NCBI GenBank assembly: GCA_964036045.1
Contig: OZ038378.1
Span: 193,750,001-193,814,000, forward strand
DNA length: 64,000 bases
Source of the DNA: Eutreptiella sp. 'Long Island Sound 2002'
Lineage: Eukaryota > Protista > Euglenida
Reading direction: 5' to 3'
Shown here: piece by piece, positions 45,903-57,800 of the stretch
How positions within the stretch are numbered: position 1 is the first letter of the stretch
Layout: each line of letters begins with the position of its first letter
Notes under the pieces: model-generated
Databases searched by the model: none
What the model was told of the DNA's origin: nothing
Seen by the model: the letters and a program-made list of their open reading frames with translations, nothing else
Position numbers and translations under genes: made by a program

Positions 45903-46778
45903 TTCTTTCTCCTGTTTCGGCGGGCACCGATATGGCAAGGCAGACATAGCCACTTTCTGGCTCTGTAAAACCTGCCCCAATGCGGGAACCAATGGAACCA
46001 ATGCCCATTGGTTCCGTTGGGAGGTTGGGGGGGGGGGGCATGTTGGACATGTTGTTCAATCCAAAATGTGCAGGCCATGTTTGGAAAGTGGCATGGTGGG
46101 CAATCAAGGCGTGACAGCACATGCTGTACTAGCGGATATGAAATGTGCAACCCTATCAGAACACTTACCTTGTGGGGGTTGGACATTGTGAGATCTCAGA
46201 AACACTAGACTCCAGGATCTTACCTGTGCACTATCGGCTGGGATGGTCACAAGCCTCAAGCTAAGCTGTAGGCGCCCTGGTGCTACTGCTCACTCCTGGA
46301 CCCCCCAAAAACGGCCAAGGGGGGGAGACAGGGAATAGAAGCCTTTTGGGCTGCTGCATCCTTTTTCTCGTCAGCCTGTTGCCTTCCTCTATTAGCCGAC
46401 TGGGGAGCATTGTAGCCCCATTAGAAAAGGGGTGGTGGTGGGGGGGGGGGAGGGGGGCTAGTGTGATGTGTACCTCCCATGTGCAGAGGTTGCGGTCATG
46501 GGCCTCTAAACCCACTGATAGCTGACGATCCCCACTTCTTGATAGTAGGAATCCTAGCACACGTGATCCATCCCACGAAGGACGCAAGCAGAAAACGGCT
46601 TAGACTGCAGCAACCAGTGCAGAGAGCCTACAAAACTGTCAAGAAGTGATGCTAGTTTGTTGATTGGGTCGACCTTTTGTCACTTGCAGAGATGAAAGAG
46701 GTATGATGCAACCCAATATTCTGTCCACATCTTCCTTGCCGGGCGTGCAGTGCTCCCCCCTCCCCCAGACCGCCTGCC

Positions 46779-48328
46779 CAGACCTGGAGATAGAGTGTAT
46801 CCACATTAGCACGGGATACACACTTTTTGTTTTTGGGATACACACAGGATACACACTCTAGAACTCTGGGATACACATGTGATACATGCAAACCATGAAA
46901 AATGGGGCTGGGGAGCCTGAGCTAGAAGAGGAGTCATCATCCTTTGCAGAGGGAGCTGTAAGATGCGGCTTCAAAGATAATTGCTTCATCGTGTCTGGGG
47001 AAGAGCCGCAAGGGAACGAAGGACTGGGGAACTGAGCGCGTAGGACTATAAATGAAGAAAAAGTTGGGATACACATGTGATACACACACTTGAAAGTTGA
47101 GATACACAGTCGAGTCCAGTGAGCTTGGCGTATCGATGCGTTTCGCGGTTCGTTGCCCCCGACTATTCGCCCCTAGTTGGATAGCTTAACCGCCCGTAGG
47201 TATACGTTGGCGGCTGTCGGAAGCTACACTATACAAGGCGCCCTTCGACATCCAAGTTGAAGCGCGCCATAAAAGCCAATCGCCTCATCTGATTCAACAA
47301 CTTGTTTTGCTTCTTGGAGACGTTGCCAGCTTGCGAGAAGAACCTCTCCACTGCCCCACTGCTGGTAGGGATGGTGATCAAGAACAACACCGCCTCCTTG
47401 AAAAGGGAGTCTGGCCGACTCTCCCACCATGCAAGAAGTTCATCACCGTTGTTGACTTTGGGGAAGTCAGAGCTGCCTTGCGGCAAGCAACCGGCAATGG
47501 TGGTGTACTTCTGCAACCAAGCACGCACAAGGGGGTGATCCAGCTTGTCCAACGGGATGCCGGCACCGGCGAAGGCAAAGACCGTATCATCAGCGGCCTT
47601 GTTCTTGTCGTTGCATGACGCCACAACGGATTGTAGGCTGGGCTGCCTCATTGCGGCTTTATGAGGTAGAGCATCTGCCTCTGCCTCTAGGCGGCGCTCG
47701 ACCCGTGCCTTCTCCCTCTTCTGCATAGTCTCAACGGCCACCTGGTGCTTTTTGGAGTCCAAATGACATTGGACTGTGCTCTTCGTTGTGTGGCTCACGG
47801 GGCATCCACACGCATCGCACCATAGTACTTCAATACCAAGATCATTGGTGCGGAGACTCAGGGGATGGCCAGGGAATTGTTCCTTCCGCTTCCCAGGGCC
47901 CATAGTGCAATACTTTGCGCCGGCACCACCTCTCCCCTTACCACGTACTTTGCGGCGGGGTGGGCTATTTCCATCATCAGATGTGGGCTCAGAAGGAGGG
48001 CAATGGGAGGGCATAGCATGTGACATGTCTAAGGGAAAAGGAGCCATGTAACAAACAAAAGTGGCGGTGTTGGGAAGGTATGCAAACACTGACTTGACTA
48101 CAAAACTACCCTTTAGTTGAACTACACAATGCCACTTGAATGTATCCTCTTGAACATTACACTAAGGGACCTGCCCAGAAAATGCGAAAAAAAATGCGGA
48201 AAATGCGAAAAAATGCGAATCGCATTTTCCCCCCCCCCCTGTACACATTGGACACACACTTCTAAAACCTGGGATACAGTCGGATACAATAATTACAAGT
48301 TTTGGGATACACTCTATCTCCAGGACTG
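46779..48328 (-). mobile_element. Non-autonomous hAT DNA transposon (1550 bp)
   Basis: 24-bp TIR CAG(A/T)CCTGGAGATAGAGTGTATCC (1 mismatch); perfect 8-bp TSD CGCCTGCC (46771-46778, 48329-48336); GGATACAC subterminal repeats at both ends. Confidence 0.92.
47229..48047 (-). CDS. Internally deleted hAT transposase (CGGBP1-like Zn finger/DNA-binding part fused to the dimerization domain), 272 aa
   Basis: WCDACGCPVSHTTKSTVQCHLDSKKH, AGIPLDKLDHP, then WW...LITIPTSSGAVERFFS; the DDE core is absent. Confidence 0.8.
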   Translation of the reverse strand: MAPFPLDMSHAMPSHCPPSEPTSDDGNSPPRRKVRGKGRGGAGAKYCTMGPGKRKEQFPGHPLSLRTNDLGIEVLWCDACGCPVSHTTKSTVQCHLDSKKHQVAVETMQKREKARVERRLEAEADALPHKAAMRQPSLQSVVASCNDKNKAADDTVFAFAGAGIPLDKLDHPLVRAWLQKYTTIAGCLPQGSSDFPKVNNGDELLAWWESRPDSLFKEAVLFLITIPTSSGAVERFFSQAGNVSKKQNKLLNQMRRLAFMARFNLDVEGRLV

Positions 48329-50001
48329 CGCCTGCCCCGACGACCAAAAGAGACCAGGCGGTCAAAAGAGCAAATGGATGTTTAAGTGATAGGTGGTGGC
48401 GTACGACCCTCTCCCATTCCATTCAGGTTTGTCACTGATCACTGGTACAAACACAAACACTGCGGAGGCCCAGCACAAGCACCTGTACCCAATTCATCAA
48501 CACCCAATGATATGGGTTGGCGCAAAACGAGCATAATGGAGCTGTAATGGATGGCTCAGCGCCTGGCATCCGGTGCCATTTTGTAGGCGCTCGGAAATAG
48601 ACTGTCTGGGAAATATGTACAAAATGTGGCCCACGTGTGCGGGCTAATGCAAAGGCCGATTGGCGGCAACAATCATCAAACTATGATGAGGGAAGACTGT
48701 GGCTGGCCCCTCCTATCATCAAGGGAAGAAGGCTTTCTTTTGCATCGTTGGCGTCATCACAATCGTTTTCTTTACTCGACACCGATGTTCCCCCAAGTGT
48801 TCGCTCCAGTGTGCATAAAGCAGTTCAGAGACCAGCAACAGGCCTCAGGGTGGGTTATGGGTGGGGCTTACTTGCCTCTTGAGGTTCGGTAGGGTGGTGA
48901 GAGGAACGAGTCCGACACCTTATCCTACCCTGACAAAGCGGGTGGTAGGGCGATCTCAGTCGACCACAGCAAGCTACTACCCAGGCCCGAGTGCAACATA
49001 TGTAATATGAAGTCGAATTGACAAGAATTGCTGAAACCTGCCACGCCAAAAGAAAACCAGAGACCGGTTTTCATGCACAGCTGCCAGCATACATGCCAAG
49101 GAGCACACAGAACGCCTGTACACCTATACACACAGCAGACTGGATGCCTAAACATGCGCATGAGCAAAAGAAGACACAGCCAAGACACTTCACTTCTCTG
49201 GTAGGGCTTTGAAGCAGCAATCCTCGAGCTTCGCTATTTTTGCCTGTTGTGTTGCACGTGCTCTGGCCTAGTATTGCTGGAAACGAATGCGAACTTGCCT
49301 TGCCAGGCCCTTGTTGGAGTAAACTGACGTCGTATGATGTGCAAGGGGTGAATGGGGGCTGTTTGATCGGGACGGGAGTAAAAATGACGAGTGACGGAGC
49401 TTACAGGCGAGGGGAGTCGTGCGCATCATGCCTGTTGGGCCAAGAGACTAGGCTAAAATGATGGATTGCAACCTGTTTTAAGGGGGGCCAGGCCCGCCCA
49501 ACTTATGGTACTCGAGATGACTCTCGGAATGAAGGATCAGAGTTTTCGAGTGCTACAATTGTCCGAGCACCGTGGTACCGGACCTAGCACGCAGTGAGGA
49601 AAAGTGGAATCTGAAACCAGGAAATGCCTCCCACGCTCGAAGGCTTCCCAGCGTGCTCTTAAAGCGCAAAAGAGACTGGAGGCTGACAAACTTGGACACA
49701 ACGATTGGTTGTAACTTTTCAATTCTGTGAAGCATGGACCGATTGCTGCACATGTACCGTCCAAAGGACGTCATCAGACGTGTGTCTATGTTGCACAGAC
49801 CAGCACACGCACACCAAGAACTATGGTCCGAGGCCAAAGTGCTGGCAATATATATACCAATGATGTCCACCAAGACAATTCCTCTTAGGGCTGAGGCAAC
49901 TGCTTTTTTCCCCCCAGTCGGCACCCTTACCCAACCTGAGCGCCTCTGCCGTGTCTCTTGCAAACACCTTGAAGTTTCACCTCGCATGGCACCTGACTAT
50001 G

Positions 50002-50168
50002 ACACCACACCACACCACACCACACCACACCACACCACACCACACCACACCACACCAAACCACACCACACCACACCACACCACACCACACCACACCACAC
50101 CACACCACACCACACCACACCACACCACACCACACCACACCACACCACACCACACCACACCACACCAC
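50002..50168. repeat. (CCACA)n microsatellite
   Basis: About 33 pentamer units with a degenerate tail to about 50225. Confidence 0.95.
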
Positions 50169-51823
50169 TACCACATCGCATGCTGTCACAAAACACACTA
50201 CACCATACCATACGACACAATACAACGGATTGGACTCTGGGGCTCCTTCCTGCGCATCCCGGCGGTGGCTTCTGCTGCTTCGCCTTTGAAGCTGAGAGCT
50301 CTGGTCACTCCGACGGATGAAGTGGTATATATCCAATGGTATATATCAGGGGGCCACGGATGGGTGGCGCAGGCTCCCCTCGTCTAGACTATGGTCCACC
50401 TTAAGCCACACTTCTGCACAAGGCACCAACAAACAAAACCCTTCTTTGGAGGCCCTCCCTCGTGCAGCGGCCTCCCAAAGGGGGACACCTGCATCTGCCT
50501 GCTCCCGCAGAGGCAGCAGCAGCAGGGGCCCATGGATCACCCAGGGTCGCATTGGGCCTTCCTGGCTGGTTGCTGAGCTGCGGGGTGCGCGCAGGGGCCA
50601 GGAGGCGTTCCAAAAGGGGTTGCAAAACCGGTTACTGTTTGAAAACGCGGTTGGGCAGCAGCACTCGGCGGTTACAAACTGGTTGGTAGGCCGTTTGGGG
50701 ATGTTCGCTCCATCTCGTGGTACCTTGTCTTTTCGCCTAATCATTGACTGAAATTATGAAAAACTGAAGTGTCCTGCATGATACAGGGTACAGTGGAGTA
50801 CCAAGAAACCTGAAGTGCACAGCAATGCACCAATAATACCACCTTGCCAGCCAGCAAACGCACCGGAGAAGCTCAATATCGAACCTTCTGTGTAAATTTG
50901 CAAAACCGGAAGTGACGGTTCCCGCGCCCCCCCCCCGATTACTATGCAAGGGGGGGGGGGGGTAGGCACACCTGCATACGGAACCCAGTGCTGCCCACCT
51001 AGTCAGGGGGAAGCAGGGAGGCTAACAAACCAAATATGCACGTAACATACAACTGTTTTGATAACCTCTCACCCCCCCCACCCGCACCCACAACGGGGTT
51101 TTCAGTTCACAGCTTTTGCGGGGTCCCAAACAGAAAACTTATTAAGGCACATTTTTGTTGGACAAAATGCGGAGTTTCCAGATGTTGAACCCAAACTTTA
51201 CCGCAGGGCCCATGGTATGCGAATAGGCGGAAAAATTGGTGGTGATATGCGGTGTTCTCTTGGATCTGCATGTGGGCTCACCTGGGGTTGACAGTCTCTG
51301 CGAGCCCATTGTATTGCCTTGGGCAAGCCCACCTCGCGGAGAAAAGCTGCCAATAGCGTGCCACAAATTCTGTTGCCTTCAGCAAATCAACCTCACAAAG
51401 AATTGCTCTCAACATTGCACCGCAAAGTGGGCCCAGTGTTTTGCCCAAATCTATGCAACTCGGGGGATGTAGCCCAAAAAGAGCCCTTTAAGAGGCCCGT
51501 GTGCCTGTAACTGTGTAACGCCATTTGGCGGTTGATACTCCTTGAGGGACTGGACTAGAGGGAGGGGTCGTCCACGACATACGAAGACTGCACGGTCAGT
51601 GCAGCCGACGAAAACGTGGCAGCGCATGGGGGTGCAGCTCACTGCTGAAGGGGGGACGGCGGGGGGGCGTGTTCGGACATCTCTGGAGGCAACTGGTTTC
51701 GGGCCCTTTTATTTGGATACATCAACCGCGCTCTCCCCCCCCCAGCCCCCCCTACGCCCCCCACAAAAAGGTGCTGCTGAAGTGTCAGGCCACCCTGCCG
51801 CTCTGCTGCATGGCTTTGATCTC

Positions 51824-54800
51824 CTACGGCATCGTGGCGAGGTCATGGGCGGGGCCCCACCGGCCCCGGGGGTCTTCCAGCGGCACGGAGGTCTCCCAAA
51901 TGCTGCCCACATCCGTAAAGTCGCTGGTGTCGTTGGCGGCGGGGGGATGCGTGGCCCGCCGGCCGGCCCGCCGGCCCCTCGCAGGGACGGGGTCCGAGGG
52001 CTTGCCCGGGGGCACGGGGCCAGGCCCGGCGCCTGCTCCGGCGGATGGAGAGGGCTCCGATGACCTGCTCGGGGAGGCCATGCGTGGCGACGCCTTGGCG
52101 CCGGGGGGCGTGGGCAGGTGCGTGTGCACCGGCGAGGCCTTGTTTAGGCTCATCTCCTCACACTTGGCGAGCACTGCGCCGGCCTGAGAGCGCAGTGATG
52201 GCGTCGGATGGTGGGGGGATGGAAGGGAAGACCGGCCCCGGCACCCGCCGATGCCGAAGCATCGCGACCCAACGAATGCCCGCCGAGGGTGTGGCGTTGG
52301 CAGTGGGCATTTCACATCGGTTTGCTAACGAGCTGCCCACTGTGCCACTCGGTAATATCCGCTGCCGTCCAACCAATACTCAGTAAGAACAAATTGCATC
52401 CCCTGTCTGGCGCAGTAAGACCCAGCCCCTTCTGATCACGTGTGACCTGCAGACGCCAGTGCCAAATTTGTGTCCGACGCCATCAGACTCTGTACGGCAT
52501 TTTGGCGCGTGCTTTCCTGTGTGTTGGACCCCAACACCTATGGCATGAGGGGGGGGGGGGGTTATGAATTCCCCGATTAATTCTGACAATTTTGAGTACA
52601 AGTGTGGGGGGGGGTAGACCCGCTCCCCATTCACGATGAGTGGAAATAAAATCCAAATCGACGCCTGAATCGCTGACGCGGCTCATCCGGATCAAAATGA
52701 TCACTTCGCTCTTGAAAACACTCCTCCTCCCCATTGCTGAAGGTTGGGAAGTATAGGGGGGCTGGAGGTCCAAACCGACATGTCCATGCCCTACCATGAC
52801 CCAACCCCCCCCCCCGAAAAAAAAACATGGTGCCGCCGTGGCCTCACCACCACCAAGAAGCACACCCGCACCCTGCTGAGGCCATCAATGTGGACCCCGA
52901 GGCCTCGTTTGCTCCCAGTAGTGCTGCTGTGGAGGAGTGATTAATCCCCTTCGTGTCCCGATTAACATAAATGTCAACACATTGTCCCTTTTCTGCATCA
53001 CCAAAGTCCAACAAGTGCTTCCATTCCGTAAGTTTCGGTGTTGCGTCGCGTTGCCTTTGCTTCACTCGAACAGATCCCGCTGCAGCTTGCAAATCCCGTT
53101 GAACATTGCTCAATTGTGCAATGGACTGTTCACCAGAACATATCGCATGTTCAAACGACAGTGGCAGACAGCAATGTGCAGGTGGGAGAGACAAAATGGC
53201 TGTGTGAAGAAATTGCTCTGGACAGGATTTGTCATGTACTAACCCCCCACCGCTGTAGTGTGCACATGGCAGCTACCACGGGCGACCTGCCCACATGCGA
53301 TAGTGTACAGCAGCCCGAGACGCAATCCTGATTTTACCCATTCATTGCTCCCAAAACCAGGAAATGCATGGCCAAAATGGGGTCTGAACCCTTCAAAAAT
53401 TAGAGTCCCCTGCCTAACAATAGGGGGGCGCTGGTTTGTCAACCCATGCTTCACCAGGATTAGGCCCACCGGCCGCTTTAGGACGGAATCAGATGGGAGG
53501 AGGGGGGTTAGCCCCAGCCGAGTCCAGCTTCAAGGGGGTGGTACGGGGGGAGGGGGGTCCAACATCCAACAGTTTGTGGACCAAGAATGGCCCGAAGAAA
53601 CGCGTCCTCCCACTCTGAAAATGTTTCTCAAGGCTCAGTGTCACATGCGTGCACGCCCCCCCCCCCCCCACAAACACTTCGAGAGAAAGATTTTCTTCCG
53701 CCCCAAAGAGCTAAAAAAGACCGGTTCGTCCCAGGGCACGTGCCTGTGGCACTTCTTGCGCGCCTGACACTGCAGGGTGCCCTGACTCAAGGTGGCAAAA
53801 CCGGCATGCACGCTCCGCACCCAGAGCCAAGCAAAGCTGTCAGGTATCACCCAAGAAGGAGTGGAGGGTAACACAAAAGAGATTGTGACCCTGCCAACAA
53901 GTCTACCCCCCCCCCCCTCCATCGACCACCCCACACAAATATACCCCACATGCCGACACGCCACACCCACCCACGCAGCCTACATATCGATGCACCAACA
54001 TATGCCCATACATACAGCCACATGCCTATGGGATTGCTACACCACAGGGCACTAGCTCACCGCCCCCGGCACTTACCCCCACACTGAGTTCCTTGCAGCT
54101 GCAAGTAGGAGTCAGAGCCCAACATGCACACAGACAGGCCTTTTGCATGTCAGAGACTGGGAGTCGTGTGTGGGTGCCATGGCAGTGCACGTAGCGCAAC
54201 AACACGCCGCACACGCCGCATGCGCACACCACAAACAGCCATCCCCAGCCCCCCCCCCCCCCAAACACACCCATCCAGACCCCGGGACACCCAAACCTGC
54301 TGGGGCTTCATGCCAAACTCCACAAGGTCTTGAGGCTTGAGGGAGGACAGCACCATGAGCGAGTCCCAACCTTTTGCCATGAGAGGGGCAGCGTACTGGC
54401 CGAGCCCCAGGCCATGCAACAGCCCCACGACGTCGTTCCCGCCGCACATGGCGAGGGCCAGGGACTCAGGGCGCAGCGGGCGCTTGCAGTGGGCCTGTGA
54501 AGCGGGTTTAAGGCACACAGTGGGGACTACGGCAGTCTGTTGTATGAAACAAAAATGCACACTGCTGGCCTCTTGACTCCGACCTCAACAAAGCGCCAGC
54601 CAACAAGTAAATATTGTAAGTCACCCGGCAACCGTCGGGTCACCATCAACTGCCGTCAGTTACCAACCACCAACCGCCCTCGGTTTACCGAGTCAAGCCG
54701 ACTCGACCCTCCTTTGGTGCATCTATTTCATCCAAGCGCAAGGGAGGGGGGGGGGGCGGAAATTGGCGACACGTCTCCACTGAAGTAGGGTAAGCAAACC

Positions 54801-57800
54801 TCAACCTTGCACCTAAATCCCCCGTTCCTTGCAGTGTAACATTTTTTTCTTATCGTAGCCACGCTGTCCTTTAGTCACGAGATGTTTCATTATCACCACA
54901 GGGAAGTGCCACAAACGCCTGTAAAACCGGTTGGCGACCCTTGGGAAAGCGGTTGAGGAGCAGAAAGCGGCGGTTACAAAACCGTTGCAGCCGCAGTTGG
55001 GAGTTGGAAGGGGGGATGTTACCCCACCCCTTCAAGTGCAAGCCTGCCCCTGCCCCCCGCCCCTGGCCTTGGGAAAAGAGGGTGCTGGGTGGGTGGTTGA
55101 GTTGGGGGTAGAGGAAGTCCCAAATACCAGGAGTTTTTCAATAACATTCCAGTCTGGGGCGGTGAGGGGGAGGTGGGGAGGGGTGGGTGTGGGCGGGGGG
55201 GTGGTGCAGCCAGCAAGCACACATCAGCAACAGCCAAATAGCAAGTTTGCTTACCCTTTTCTTGTCTTCTGGAGGGCCATGTTGTTCCAAAAGGCAACCC
55301 AAAGACGCTTGTGATGGCTGTTGGATGGATCACACAGCCCACACGATCAATGGTGGGATCCGCACTGGTTTAATGCATTTTGGCCTTTGGTAATTCTAAC
55401 TTTCCCTGTATGGCACAAGGGGGGGGGGTCTTGTGTGTTAAACCAACCCCCCCTCACCCCTCTGAACCCCCCAACCCAAACTAAACGGTGAACAAAGAGG
55501 AACAATGAACTTGAGCCCCAGCGGTGCACAGAACACTTTTTTGGCCTCCGTGGACCCTGGCACAAAAGCTCCAGCCCCCAAATTTTCCCCCATACCGAAG
55601 GGATCTAGATGATCATCTAGGGCACAGATTGCAGCCCATTGACCATCCACCACAAATGGTCAGAACTCAACAACGCACCCAAAACACGGGGGGGGTCTCC
55701 TTGGTTCTGGATGCCAACTACCCCCCCAACTAACCGTTGGCCTGGGGCCCCCTTGGGAGGGGGGGGGGGCTTGGGAGGGAGGGTTCTGGGAGGGGTGCCA
55801 ACTACCCCCCCAACCGGGTGTACGCACTGGTTTGGGTTTGCAGAAGGAAATGGTCTGCATTGCTTGTTCACAGACAGCGGGGGAAAATATTGCTGTTGCC
55901 TGAGAGTGGGACCTGAGAGGGGTACAGGCAAGTGCCACGTGCAGTAGGGTTCGGCCATCGACACCTGCGATGCGGACGAGGGCCTGACCTCATGAAACTC
56001 GTCCAGCCTCAGCCCTGCCAGCTGCTTCACAACAAAGGCCCCATCCTCGCACAGGCGACGGTTGTTGTCGTGCGTCTGCATGCAGTCCTCGATCACTGCC
56101 TTGCCCCCGGCGTCCGCAACCTTGAACTTGTTGCTGTCAGCCTTCACGAGGTTCTTGAGTGCGGCGCAGCCCTGCGAATGCACGAGCGACACGGGGTGCG
56201 TGTGGCATGTGGGGACTGGTAGGGGATGGGGGACAAACCGAAAAGGTGGCGGGTACGGAGTACGAATCCGCGACTCCAACCCCCTCCCCAACTTTTTCGG
56301 GCTGGACGGGGGGGGGGGGATATGGACAGGGGGAGGGGGGGACGGTTATTGATGATCTGGGGGGAATAACCGTCACACACACGGGCTCTCTTTTTGGGGC
56401 GGGGGGGAGTGTGCCAGCCACCGCCATCATGCACCCCCCCAACACATCCTTTTGAGGCCGATCAGCAGCTCCAGACCGTCGGCCGCACCCAAGCGTCTGT
56501 TGGCCATTCACGACCGTTGGCTGACAACGCAACCCTTGGTCGTTGAGCCACCGCCGTCGGGTCAGCACCGTTGTGCCACCGCAAACCGGAGGCCGTCTTC
56601 GGTTGAAAGGCGCCACTGCGAAGTCCACGCAGGAAATTGCGGGCGTAACATCGGGATGTTGTGGAGGGGCTACACCGTGAACACCGGCCCCGCACACACC
56701 ACACCCAGGCACTCGCAGGGCCATAGAGCCATCCAGGGCACAGCAGCAGTGGGACGGCGACGCCGGTTCCGTTCCGTGGATTGCTGGTGTCTGCCCCGAC
56801 TACCGGTGTGCGATGCGATCGGTGACGGGGCGGAGGAGCGGGAGGGTGTGGCTTGGGAGGCTGCAGACTCTCATGAACTTCGGCCGGTTGTCCGGGCGGG
56901 GGACCAGGGATTTGGGGCCCCAGGCAACCCCTCTGACCGACCGACCGACTGACCGGCCCCCCCACACCAGAGAAATGGTCCTCGGGACAAAAGCGTATTT
57001 TGTGAAAAGGGGCCCAGAACTGGGGGCCGCGTTCAAGTACACAAACTTTTTTTTGGACCTCTGAGCCGCCGGGGGTTGGGGAGTCAAAGGGGATTGGGCG
57101 GTGGGCAGAGATGTATTACAGGGGGTGGGGGGGGAGGGAGCGGGGTTTGGGGGGGTTTGACCGGGGCACCCCTCCTCCTGGGGTGTCCAACGCAAAAACG
57201 GGAGAAATACTTTTTTTCCTGCCAAAAGGGATATGTAGTTCGGAGGTCATTAAAATAACAAATCTGGGGTTTGAACCAGAGACCTTTAGTGTAGCAGTTG
57301 ATTGTCCTACCAACTAGTATACTGCACATCTCTGACAAATCTTTGTGCAGGATTGCATAGAAATTGGGGGGGCTCACCAGGCACACGTCTGGGGGGGCCT
57401 CCAGTACGTGTGCTGGACCCCCAGTGCGCCTGCTTCACAGGGCCTCAGGGAGGGGGGCTTACCTCCCGCATGCATGACAGGCAAGAGGGTGAAATTTGTT
57501 GACACGGGGGAGCCTGGGCACAAAATTCTCTGCGCCCTGTGCCCACTGGAACCCCCGGGGCTGTGTCGGTGATCAGCTCGCAGTAGAAAGAGGCAGAGAC
57601 ACCACCCCAGACCCCATACTCCCAGCGCCGCGGGCAGAAGGTCACGGACGCTGTTTGGGGCGCAACCAACGGCGGTTGGAGCATAACCGACGGTATTTGG
57701 AGGGCAACCGACGGCATCTGCACGGCATTGAATGCCGTCCCTGACGGCGGTCCTGAACAGAAGAAAAAACTGACATGAATCCCACAGAACCGGCCTGAAA

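Noticed and set aside
49951-50336. (HHTTP)n, (VVWCG)n, (HYTTL)n and (QHNTT)n ORFs here and at 45.8 kb and 58.5-59.7 kb
   Set aside because: Translations of pentamer microsatellites, not genes.
52840-52930. GSKRGLGVHIDG, a PDZ-like peptide or extra exon of the ARM-SAM gene
   Set aside because: It needs a phase and donor not supported by neighbouring exons; exon 54297 joins 52183 cleanly.
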